In this document: one piece after another, positions 19,213 to 26,704 of the stretch
How positions within the stretch are numbered: the first letter of the stretch is position 1
How the letters are laid out: every line of letters starts with the position of its first letter
Assembly: GCF_000039765.1 (NCBI RefSeq)
Contig: NC_004460.2
Span: 1-32,000, forward strand
From: Vibrio vulnificus CMCP6
GTDB lineage: Bacteria; Pseudomonadota; Gammaproteobacteria; Enterobacterales; Vibrionaceae
DNA length: 32,000 nucleotides
Direction of reading: 5' to 3'
Notes under the pieces: model-generated
What the model was told of the DNA's origin: nothing
The model's database searches: none
The model's input: only the letters and a program-made list of their open reading frames with translations
Position numbers and translations under genes: made by a program

Positions 19213-19346
19213 TGCAACGATCCTTTTGGCTGAATCCCTTTGACTTGATTAGTTTGAGTATATACCTAATGCCCGTCGAATTCTGACCTATACTTATCCA
19301 CTAGGAGAGCTGTGTTCTGTTAAATCAATAACTTTGGGGCATAACT

Positions 19347-19949
19347 ATGGCGTATAAAGGAAGAATCGCTCAATGGAGCCATGACAAAGGTAATGGTTTT
19401 ATCAAAATTGATGGTTCTGGGGAGATGGTTTATTTCAATAAAGCAGAAGTGATTGGCAGTGCAACCTTAGACGATGTGGTGACGTTCGAAGTGGAGCGAA
19501 ACAAACACGGACAGGTCGTCGCGGTGGCCGTACAAAAAGCCTTTGTTTTCTCATTTGCAATTGCCGTGGCCATTATCTTTCTCACCGCAGTTTTTGCTGG
19601 TATTTGGTTATTCCGTTACCCCGCATTAGCGGTTTTACATTACTTTTTTATCAGTGCAGTGACGTTTGTGATTTGTGCATTTGACGTTTCTGCCGCCAAA
19701 GAGGGCAACCCGAGAGTGCCAGAAATGGTGCTCTATATCTTGGCATTAATTGGTGGTTGGCCGGGAGCATTTTTTGCCCATGTTGTTTTGAGTCATAAAG
19801 TCGGCAACACGCCGTTTATGGTGATGAGTTGGTTGATGGCTTTGGTCAATATGGCTGGCTTTGCCTGGACGCTAACCGATTACGGTAAAAGCTATCTTTA
19901 CCTGATCCTAGATCGGTTACCGCTGCACTTGATCCCGGGTTTTGCTTAA
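19347..19949 (+). CDS. Cold-shock-domain / DUF1294 membrane protein
   Basis: An N-terminal OB-like CSD (GRIAQWSHDKGNGFIKI) followed by 3-4 TM helices with the DUF1294-like motif IGGWPGAFFAHVVLSHK. Confidence 0.75.
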   Translation: MAYKGRIAQWSHDKGNGFIKIDGSGEMVYFNKAEVIGSATLDDVVTFEVERNKHGQVVAVAVQKAFVFSFAIAVAIIFLTAVFAGIWLFRYPALAVLHYFFISAVTFVICAFDVSAAKEGNPRVPEMVLYILALIGGWPGAFFAHVVLSHKVGNTPFMVMSWLMALVNMAGFAWTLTDYGKSYLYLILDRLPLHLIPGFA

Positions 19950-19973
19950 TTTGATGGTTTTCTAATGATCAAA

Positions 19974-19999
19974 ACAAAGCGCTCAAATGAGCGCTTTGT
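19974..19999. terminator. Bidirectional terminator between convergent DUF1294 gene and adh
   Basis: Perfect palindrome ACAAAGCGCTCA-aa-TGAGCGCTTTGT, flanked by AAAA on the left and a T-rich run on the right. Confidence 0.7.
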
Positions 20000-20023
20000 C
20001 GATTTTGATGTCAGAGAAAGGGC

Positions 20024-21172
20024 TTACATTGCCGCTTCGAAAATCGCAGAGATTTCTTCGTGCGTGGCTTGTTTCGGGTTAGTGAAACCACAAGCGTCTT
20101 TGAGTGCATTGTCAGCCAAGGTTGGGATATCTTCAGATTTTGCACCAAGCTCGCGAATACCTGCTGGAATACCCACGTCTTTCGCCAGTGCCACAATCGC
20201 ATCAATGGCGGCTTCTGCGCCTTGCTCTGCACTCATGCCTTCGACATTGACACCCATTGCTTTTGCCACATCACGTAGACGCTCTGGACAAACCTGCGCA
20301 TTGTAGCGTTGTACGTGTGGTAACAAGATCGCGTTACAAACACCGTGTGGTAGATCGTAGAAGCCACCCAATTGGTGCGCCATTGCGTGTACGTAACCTA
20401 GTGAGGCATTGTTGAACGCCATACCTGCCATAAACTGTGCGTACGCCATTTGCTCACGCGCTTCAATATCATCGCCGTGTGCGACGGCAGTACGAAGATG
20501 GGCTTGGATAAGCTCAATCGCTTTGATTGCAACTGCATCGGTAATCGGCGTCGCAGCAATAGAAACGTACGCTTCTACCGCGTGAGTCAAGGCGTCCATT
20601 CCTGTTGCCGCAGTTAGTGATGCAGGTTTTGCCAGCATCAGTTCCGGATCGTTCACAGAGATTAGTGGCGTGGTGTGTTTATCGACGATCGCCATTTTAA
20701 TATGACGTTCTTCATCGGTAATGATGCAGAAACGGGTCATTTCAGATGCGGTGCCTGCGGTGGTGTTAATTGCGATCAGCGGTAGCATTGGTTTCGCTGA
20801 TTTGTCCACGCCTTCGTAATCCGCAATCTCGCCGCCGTTTGCTGCGACAAGCGCAATGCCTTTTGCACAGTCGTGCGGAGAACCACCACCGAGTGAAATC
20901 ACAAAATCACACTCATTTTGCTTCAGTAGTGCCAAACCTGCATTGACGTTGCCGATGGTTGGGTTGGGCTGAGTACCATCGAAGACAACCGTTTCTACAT
21001 GACGCTCGCTTAGTAGGTCTTGAACTTGTTTTACAACGCCGATTTGATTAAGAATTTTGTCGGTAACAATAAGCCCTTTGGTAAAGCCTTGAGCTTTAAT
21101 GCTGTCTGCTGCGTCTTTAAGACAGCCTGCGCCCATTAGGTTCACAGTTGGGATAAAAAATGCACTTGCCAT
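20024..21172 (-). CDS. Iron-containing (group III) alcohol dehydrogenase, AdhB/YiaY/FucO-like
   Basis: 382 aa with [11 protein letters not shown], metal-binding regions [10 protein letters not shown] and [16 protein letters not shown], and GGAG 9 nt upstream of the ATG. Confidence 0.9.
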   Translation of the reverse strand: MASAFFIPTVNLMGAGCLKDAADSIKAQGFTKGLIVTDKILNQIGVVKQVQDLLSERHVETVVFDGTQPNPTIGNVNAGLALLKQNECDFVISLGGGSPHDCAKGIALVAANGGEIADYEGVDKSAKPMLPLIAINTTAGTASEMTRFCIITDEERHIKMAIVDKHTTPLISVNDPELMLAKPASLTAATGMDALTHAVEAYVSIAATPITDAVAIKAIELIQAHLRTAVAHGDDIEAREQMAYAQFMAGMAFNNASLGYVHAMAHQLGGFYDLPHGVCNAILLPHVQRYNAQVCPERLRDVAKAMGVNVEGMSAEQGAEAAIDAIVALAKDVGIPAGIRELGAKSEDIPTLADNALKDACGFTNPKQATHEEISAIFEAAM

Positions 21173-21517
21173 TTGGATTGCTCCATCGTTGTTAGTTATT
21201 AATAATTCCTCTTCTGGTTATTACTTTGTCATATGAATGTGCTCTGAAAATTTGATCTCAGACAATTCGAAAGAGGGAAATCCCTCTCTAAAGATAGGAA
21301 GTGTGAACAGGATCTTGTTGCACATAATTTTCGTTATCTTATTGATAAATTTCTTTAAAATACAGAGTGATAACGCAATCGATTTTCCACTCATTTTCGG
21401 TTGTTAGCCGAAAAACGGTGTTTATTGATTGCCACGGCAAATGGCAGAGGGGGCTTTTACTGGCTATTTGATGGCCGCTGCGTTAGCATTGCCGACCTTT
21501 TTTCGGCAGGAGGTGTT

Positions 21518-22870
21518 ATGTACATTGGTTTCGATTATGGAACAGCGAATTGTTCAGTGGCGAAAATGCAAGATGGCGAGCCAGAGCTGCTCGCTATTGA
21601 AGGGTCAAGTCACTATATTCCTTCAACACTTTCCGCCCCGACGCGTGAATCGGTTTCTGAGCATTTATTTCGTCATCGAGATATCAAGCCACTAGATAAA
21701 GTGGGTGAACAGGTATTGCGCCGAGCCATCAACGTCAATCGAGAAGAGAGCATTGAGCTGCACCCTGAAGATGTGGTGTTTGGTCAAGCGGCGCTTGATC
21801 GCTATTTGGCAGACCCAACGGATCTCTATTACGTTAAGTCACCTAAATCGTTTCTTGGCGCCTCCGGCCTGCATGATGTGCAGCTGAGCTTCTTCGAAGA
21901 TCTGGTTTGCGCCATGATGGCTAACATCAAAACCAACGCAGAACATTCGGCACAAGCAGTGATTCGTGATGCGGTGATTGGCCGTCCGGTCAACTTCCAT
22001 GGACGAGGCGGTGAAGAGGCAAACCGTCAGGCCGAAGGCATCTTGCGTCGCGCTGCGACACGTGCTGGTTTTAAAAACATCGAGTTTCAATTTGAGCCGG
22101 TAGCGGCAGGTCTAGAGTACGAAGCAAGCCTGCAGCAAGATAAAACTGTGTTGGTGGTCGATATTGGCGGGGGCACGACTGACTGCTCTCTGATTGAAAT
22201 GGGGCCAAGCTGGCGTGGAAAAACCGAGCGTACAGGCAGCTTGCTTGCCCATTCCGGCCAGCGAATTGGCGGCAACGACCTCGATATTTATCTCGCGTTT
22301 CGTCAACTGATGACGCCATTTGGGTTTGGCAGCAAAGCACTAAGTGGTATTGATATGCCCAGAACACAGTTTTGGAACCCGATAGCTATTAACAACGTTC
22401 AAGCGCAAAACGATTTCTATGGAAGAGCCAATCTAGCGGCGCTAAAGCTGCTGCACAAAGAAGCCCAAGAGCCAGAGAAATTGGCGCGCTTGCTCAAGGT
22501 TTACCATGAAACGCTCGGTTATCAGATCGTCAGACGGGCTGAAGAGGCAAAAATTGCCTTGTCGGATAGCGAACAATACCAAGTTGCCCTCAATCTGTTT
22601 TCGGAACACTTACATGTGGATGTGAGCCAGAGCGAAATGATTGAAGCAATTGAGTCACCAAAGAGCAAAATGGTGGAGCTAGTAAAAGAAGCCGTTGATC
22701 ATGGAGGCGTGAAGCCGGATGTGATTTTTATGACCGGTGGTTCCGCTCGCTCACCGATTTTACGCCAAGCTGTAGAGAGCGAGTTACCGAATGTGCCCGT
22801 TGTCAGCGGCAACTATTTCGGCTCGGTTACCGCAGGTCTCGCGCGTTGGGCTGAGGTTTGTTTCCGCTGA
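21518..22870 (+). CDS. yegD: Hsp70-family (actin-like ATPase) protein YegD
   Basis: The 450-aa product starts MYIGFDYGTANCSVA, as in E. coli YegD (MFIGFDYGTANCSVA), and has DIGGGTTD and MTGGSARSP motifs. AGGAGG lies 4-5 nt upstream of the ATG at 21518. The ORF-track extension from 21401 is unsupported. Confidence 0.88.
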   Translation: MYIGFDYGTANCSVAKMQDGEPELLAIEGSSHYIPSTLSAPTRESVSEHLFRHRDIKPLDKVGEQVLRRAINVNREESIELHPEDVVFGQAALDRYLADPTDLYYVKSPKSFLGASGLHDVQLSFFEDLVCAMMANIKTNAEHSAQAVIRDAVIGRPVNFHGRGGEEANRQAEGILRRAATRAGFKNIEFQFEPVAAGLEYEASLQQDKTVLVVDIGGGTTDCSLIEMGPSWRGKTERTGSLLAHSGQRIGGNDLDIYLAFRQLMTPFGFGSKALSGIDMPRTQFWNPIAINNVQAQNDFYGRANLAALKLLHKEAQEPEKLARLLKVYHETLGYQIVRRAEEAKIALSDSEQYQVALNLFSEHLHVDVSQSEMIEAIESPKSKMVELVKEAVDHGGVKPDVIFMTGGSARSPILRQAVESELPNVPVVSGNYFGSVTAGLARWAEVCFR

Positions 22871-22955
22871 TTACGTTAATGCATTACCGTTTGACCTTAC
22901 CCCAAGGCAAAGGTTTATACCTATTGTGGTCGTTAATCCGAAAGTAAGGTGACTT

Positions 22956-23069
22956 ATGGGATGTTGTAATCAAGCGCCGAAAGGCGGTAGTGGAAAACCA
23001 TCCACACTGTTCATTACCATTGCGGTGATGATGGTCGTGGTGTTTGCATTAGCTTTTTTCGCTGGCTAA
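22956..23069 (+). CDS. Candidate small membrane protein, 37 aa (MGCCNQAPKGGSGKPSTLFITIAVMMVVVFALAFFAG); not in ORF track
   Basis: ATG preceded by AAGGTGA (5-nt spacer). A polar N-terminus is followed by one C-terminal TM helix. The stop is followed 10 nt later by a hairpin terminator. Confidence 0.45.
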   Translation: MGCCNQAPKGGSGKPSTLFITIAVMMVVVFALAFFAG

Positions 23070-23078
23070 AAAGCACAA

Positions 23079-23102
23079 AAGGCGCTCTGGTTTGAGCGCC
23101 TT
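23079..23102. terminator. Bidirectional terminator (small ORF / rhodanese gene)
   Basis: AAGGCGCTC-tggttt-GAGCGCCTT. On the - strand it is followed by TTTTGTGCTTTTT, and on the + strand by CTTCATTTC. Confidence 0.65.
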
Positions 23103-23122
23103 CTTCATTTCTGCTTGATGGA

Positions 23123-23512
23123 TTATTCTTCTGGTTTGACGGCCAGCATTTCTTCAATACCCCCGCCATTTAATAGCAGCGTGTAGCCAGATTGCGTGAG
23201 GAAATCGTATGCTTGGCCGGAACGATTACCACTGCGGCAGTACAGAACGATCGGCTGGCTCTTGTCGATCTTGCTAAAGCCTTTCGCCAGCTCATTCAAA
23301 GGGATGTTTACTGCCCCTTCAATGTGTTTTTGTTGAAACTCCGCCGGTGTACGCACATCCACAACGAGCGCACCTTGTTCAATCCATTCCCACGCTTCCA
23401 TTGCTCGATTTGACGCATGAGCGAAGGAGGAAACACAACTTAGCAACAGCAGGCTTAAAAATGCGCGCCAATGTGTATACCACTGAGTTTGTTGTTGGTT
23501 TTTTTGTCGCAT
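23123..23512 (-). CDS. Periplasmic single-domain rhodanese (PspE-like sulfurtransferase)
   Basis: Signal peptide ending SSFAHA and active-site loop CRSGNRS. I set the start at ATG 23512 (AGGAG 5 nt upstream) rather than the ORF-track start at 23572. Confidence 0.8.
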   Translation of the reverse strand: MRQKNQQQTQWYTHWRAFLSLLLLSCVSSFAHASNRAMEAWEWIEQGALVVDVRTPAEFQQKHIEGAVNIPLNELAKGFSKIDKSQPIVLYCRSGNRSGQAYDFLTQSGYTLLLNGGGIEEMLAVKPEE

Positions 23513-23693
23513 GAAGACTCCTAATGACACCGCGAACCTGTCTGTATTCTCAACAAATTGGAGAGGATGCAAACAATGTGTCTAATCATTCTCCGAACGA
23601 CAGGAGAAGTCTCGTTTTTGAACGGAAATTGTGAAGTGAATCATGTATTCTCGCCGCCTTAGTCACTGACTCACAAATAAAAAATAAATCACT

Positions 23694-24731
23694 ATGCATT
23701 ACGAGCAACAACTAGGGTATCGCTATCCCAAAGGGCGATTTGCACTTATTAGTGTGTATTCTTTTACTGGCGCTGCCATTTTGGCGTCCACCATTTTTTC
23801 ATTGCTGCTGTTTTTGTCGATAGATGACAACCCCTTGATGCAGGCCTTATTTGGTGGTTTGGCCATCATTTTCGAGGCGGGAAAGTTTTACGCTTGGTAC
23901 GAGTTTGGTGAGCGACGTGCACACCGCAATTATTCTGGGGCCATCACGGCGTTTGTCTTTTATTTGGTGCTAGCTGCCATTTCTATCGGCGGTAGTATCG
24001 GCGGCATTAACAGCGCGACCAATACCGCGCAGAATCACATTGCACTGGAGCAGGCTAAAGTCACCGCTTTCAACCGTCAAATTGATGCGATAGAGAAGCA
24101 GATCGAACTCAATAATCTTGCTGCGCAGAAATACATAGAGATGGAACGGATTGCCACGGGGGTGAATCGAATCCAACAACAAAACGATACGTTACGTAAA
24201 GAGCAACAAAAATTGGCCATGCAACGAGACAGCTTGCCGCCTGTCGCGCAAGGCTCAGTGGTGGGGCTCATCGATAGCCTAGCGGCGGCATTTTCAATTC
24301 CATCGGGTCAGGCTCAACTGGGTTTGGTGGTGTTTCTCTCAGTATTGTTGGATTTCTTCGCCGCATTTTTTGTTGGAGTGATTGGTGAAGAGCAACGTTT
24401 TCGTCACTGGTATCGCCGTTTTGGTGACAGTGCAGCAGAGCCAGTTGAATCCGTCGCTCCGGTTGGGTATTTGCCACATTTGAATGCTCAACAAGATTAT
24501 CCGATTGCCGAGACTAAGGAAGCTCAGCCCACGCCATCTCCGCTTTATCTCGATGTGGCTCAAGCATTGGCAAGCAACGAGCTCTCTTGCAGTAAGAAGG
24601 CGGTTGCCAAGCACTTTAAACTCGGTACAGAGGAAGTGGATCGGCTGTTTAACGAATTGATCAACGCGGGTGTGGTTGGTAAGAAAGCCAATAATCATTA
24701 TCACTGGTTGGGCGACACCGCAGCCGCGTAG
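23694..24731 (+). CDS. Uncharacterised polytopic membrane protein with central coiled coil and C-terminal wHTH-like domain
   Basis: Three N-terminal TM helices, then a heptad-rich segment of about 90 aa (QAKVTAFNRQIDAIEKQIELNNLAAQKYIEMERI...LRKEQQKLAMQRD) and a fourth TM. The C-terminal tail contains SKKAVAKHFKLGTEEVDRLFNELINAGVVGKK. There is no obvious SD. A terminator follows. Confidence 0.6.
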   Translation: MHYEQQLGYRYPKGRFALISVYSFTGAAILASTIFSLLLFLSIDDNPLMQALFGGLAIIFEAGKFYAWYEFGERRAHRNYSGAITAFVFYLVLAAISIGGSIGGINSATNTAQNHIALEQAKVTAFNRQIDAIEKQIELNNLAAQKYIEMERIATGVNRIQQQNDTLRKEQQKLAMQRDSLPPVAQGSVVGLIDSLAAAFSIPSGQAQLGLVVFLSVLLDFFAAFFVGVIGEEQRFRHWYRRFGDSAAEPVESVAPVGYLPHLNAQQDYPIAETKEAQPTPSPLYLDVAQALASNELSCSKKAVAKHFKLGTEEVDRLFNELINAGVVGKKANNHYHWLGDTAAA

Positions 24732-24743
24732 CGACAGGTTTTC

Positions 24744-24770
24744 AGGGAGCATTTTGCTCCCTTTCTTTAT
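24744..24770 (+). terminator. Rho-independent terminator after the 345-aa gene
   Basis: AGGGAGC-atttt-GCTCCCT followed by TTCTTTATT. Confidence 0.65.
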
Positions 24771-24834
24771 TCCTGGGAGTTGGTTAATATCCGGAAGTTC
24801 AAAGATTTGCTTAAATGGATATTAGGAGTCGTCG

Positions 24835-25038
24835 ATGCAAATGAAATTACCCACTCTTGCGGCATTATGCTTAGTTACTTTACTGGCGGGTTGTAGTGCT
24901 CATCAGAAGAAAGAGATTAAAGAAGGCTTTACGGAAGTGGGCCATGCCACCAAAGATGCGGCAAAGAAAACCGGCCATTTTTTCCGTGATACCGCGAAAG
25001 ACATTGGTGAAAACCTCGACGAAGCCACCAGCCAATGA
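24835..25038 (+). CDS. Small lipoprotein (67 aa)
   Basis: Lipobox LLAGC after a hydrophobic signal sequence. The mature part is a charged, helix-prone sequence of about 45 aa. AGGAG lies upstream. Confidence 0.7.
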   Translation: MQMKLPTLAALCLVTLLAGCSAHQKKEIKEGFTEVGHATKDAAKKTGHFFRDTAKDIGENLDEATSQ

Positions 25039-25061
25039 TCCTCTAGCCGAGAGGTAGTGCA

Positions 25062-26012
25062 ATGCGTATTGATATGACAGGGACTTGTGTTAGTCGAAGT
25101 ATCTATATTGATAGAAAACCTGAAAAGGTCATCGACTATATCAGCGATTTTGGGACTTGGGCTAAGTGGTCGCCATGGTTGATTTTGGAGCCGAAAAGCG
25201 AGGTTACCTTTAGTACTTTCCAGCAGCAGCCGGGGGCTCAATACGCATGGAAAGGAGAGCGTATTGGTGCAGGAAAAATGGAGTTAGCTCACCTGTATGA
25301 TCATCAACTCGTTTTCCGCTTGAGCTATCTCAAACCGTTCAAAGGCGAGGCAGAAGTCTATTTCAATGTTTCTCCTGAGCAGCAAGGTTGCCGCGTTGAG
25401 TGGCAATTTCAGGGTAAGTTACCTTGGTACATGTTTTTCTTCCGTCAAATGTTTGGGGCGGTGCTCGGTATGGATTACGCACGCGGTTTGAGAATGTTAA
25501 AAAGCGCCATCGAAACTGGGCATGTGTACTCGAAGTTGAAAGATCTCGGTGAAAAGGTGGTGCCGCAAGTGCATTACATTGGCGTAAAAGGCAGTGCCAC
25601 TACCGACGACGTAGGTCACTTAATGCAACGTCATTTCGATAACTTAGAAGACTATGTAGAGGAATACCGAGTTCCAGTGTGTGGTGAGATTTTTAATCTC
25701 TATCATTCCATGTCACTGAAAACGGGTTTGTTTGAGTTTACCACCTGCATGCCTGTTTCCTACCCGATTGAAGCCAAAGGCAAATTCGTGGCAGGGACGT
25801 TGCCCTCCATGCCCGTTTACGCGGTTGAACACCAAGGCGAATACCAGTTTCTCGGTAATGCTTGGTCGTTTGCTTCGTCATTAACTAGAGCGAAAAAAAT
25901 CAAAACACGCCATAAGCCGTTAGGCATAGAGAAATACCTCAATGGGAAAATGAGCGTGGAGCCAAAAGAGTTGTTAACCGAAGTGATGTTAATCAAACGG
26001 AGTGAGTCATGA
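25062..26012 (+). CDS. SRPBCC (START/Bet v1-like) domain fused to GyrI-like small-molecule-binding domain; no DNA-binding domain
   Basis: The N-terminal 150 aa or so reads like the polyketide-cyclase/SRPBCC family (RSIYIDRKPEKVIDYISDFGTWAKWSPW). The C-terminal 160 aa or so reads like a GyrI/SbmC / AraC-effector-binding fold (HYIGVKG...EHQGEYQFLGNAWSFASSL). These assignments were made by eye. Confidence 0.6.
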   Translation: MRIDMTGTCVSRSIYIDRKPEKVIDYISDFGTWAKWSPWLILEPKSEVTFSTFQQQPGAQYAWKGERIGAGKMELAHLYDHQLVFRLSYLKPFKGEAEVYFNVSPEQQGCRVEWQFQGKLPWYMFFFRQMFGAVLGMDYARGLRMLKSAIETGHVYSKLKDLGEKVVPQVHYIGVKGSATTDDVGHLMQRHFDNLEDYVEEYRVPVCGEIFNLYHSMSLKTGLFEFTTCMPVSYPIEAKGKFVAGTLPSMPVYAVEHQGEYQFLGNAWSFASSLTRAKKIKTRHKPLGIEKYLNGKMSVEPKELLTEVMLIKRSES

Positions 26013-26515
26013 ATAACTTTGCTATCGAAACCATGTTGATCATCCTGCTGGTTCTGTTTGTGCTGCTGATAGCAACGCAAGTGTGGCTTTGGTTACGTCC
26101 GTTTGCTTACGATTTACGCTTGCCCATTGCGTTAAAGCAGAGTGTCCGCTCTTTAATGACTTCGCTCGATCAAGTGAAACCGCAGGGGGTTATCGAAATG
26201 AGGTATGCCGATTTATTTGAGCAAATAAGCCTGAGAAAAACGCCAATGCCGAAGAAGCTCGAATTGGTGAAATCGCTATTTGACGAGGTAAAAACGCAGC
26301 CAGTTGCTAAAGGACGAGATCAGCACGAGCAAGAGATTATCGCCGTCAGTGTGCATCAGTTTGATGCTTTGTTAAGTCAAGTGTCACTCTCTTCACGTAC
26401 TCTCTGCTATTCCAATACTGGGTATTTTCTTTCTGCTTCTGGTGTTTGGTTGTGTCAAATATTGCTCGCCAAGGAAGAAGAGGCGATCGCATTCGTGGAT
26501 GAAAAAAACAGGTAG
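26009..26515 (+). CDS. Hypothetical single-pass membrane protein (168 aa)
   Basis: An ATGA overlap with the upstream gene suggests translational coupling. N-terminal TM helix MLIILLVLFVLLIATQVWLWL. I recognise no family. Confidence 0.55.
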   Translation: MNNFAIETMLIILLVLFVLLIATQVWLWLRPFAYDLRLPIALKQSVRSLMTSLDQVKPQGVIEMRYADLFEQISLRKTPMPKKLELVKSLFDEVKTQPVAKGRDQHEQEIIAVSVHQFDALLSQVSLSSRTLCYSNTGYFLSASGVWLCQILLAKEEEAIAFVDEKNR

Positions 26516-26537
26516 CCACTCAGCAAAATGTTCATTT

Positions 26538-26562
26538 AAAGCCGCTTTTGCGGCTTTTTTTG
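26538..26562 (+). terminator. Rho-independent terminator ending the lipoprotein/SRPBCC/TM operon
   Basis: AAAGCCGC-tttt-GCGGCTTT followed by TTTTT. Confidence 0.75.
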
Positions 26563-26624
26563 TATCTGGAGAAACAGAAATAGCGCATTCAGGATCTCAA
26601 ATAACGGACAAATATCACCTTTCA

Positions 26625-26642
26625 GTAAACTTTTGAGTTTAC
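26625..26642. promoter_or_regulatory. Operator-like palindrome 1 upstream of the RND operon (GTAAACT-tttg-AGTTTAC)
   Basis: Perfect 7-bp arms with a 4-bp spacer. It shares the TAAACT-N4-AGTTTA core with a second site 39 bp downstream. Confidence 0.45.
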
Positions 26643-26653
26643 GTTTTTGTGAT

Positions 26654-26682
26654 TTGCAATAAAATAAACTCTGAAGTTTACT
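26654..26682 (+). promoter_or_regulatory. Candidate sigma70 promoter of the RND operon
   Basis: TTGCAA (-35), a 17-nt spacer and TTTACT (-10, 4/6 match), ending 22 nt before the ATG at 26705. The second palindrome overlaps the spacer and the -10. Confidence 0.3.
26665..26680. promoter_or_regulatory. Operator-like palindrome 2 (TAAACT-ctga-AGTTTA)
   Basis: Perfect 6-bp arms with a 4-bp spacer, the same core as palindrome 1. It overlaps the candidate -10. Confidence 0.45.
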
Positions 26683-26704
26683 TTTTTCTTTTTGAAGGTG
26701 GAAA

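Noticed and set aside
19965-20306. 113-aa + strand ORF overlapping the 3' end of the alcohol dehydrogenase gene
   Set aside because: It starts inside the bidirectional terminator and runs antisense to a well-supported Fe-ADH. The translation is low-complexity and Ala/Ser-rich.
21401-21517. 39-codon N-terminal extension of yegD (TTG-type start). Analogous extensions exist for glpA (10941-11012), the S66 peptidase (17071-17133) and the rhodanese (23513-23572).
   Set aside because: In each case the internal ATG has a strong Shine-Dalgarno and matches the family N-terminus or creates a proper signal peptide. The extensions add non-homologous sequence.
26442-26636. 64-aa ORF spanning the end of the 168-aa gene and the intergenic terminator
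   Set aside because: It overlaps a better-supported gene out of frame and reads straight through an intrinsic terminator hairpin.
26625-26681. Possible TyrR boxes (TGTAAA-N6-TTTACA) or CpxR sites (GTAAA-N5-GTAAA) upstream of the RND operon
   Set aside because: The GTAAA/TTTAC elements here are inverted with 8-nt spacing, which does not fit TyrR (6 nt). They are not direct repeats as CpxR requires. I kept them only as operators for an unknown regulator.
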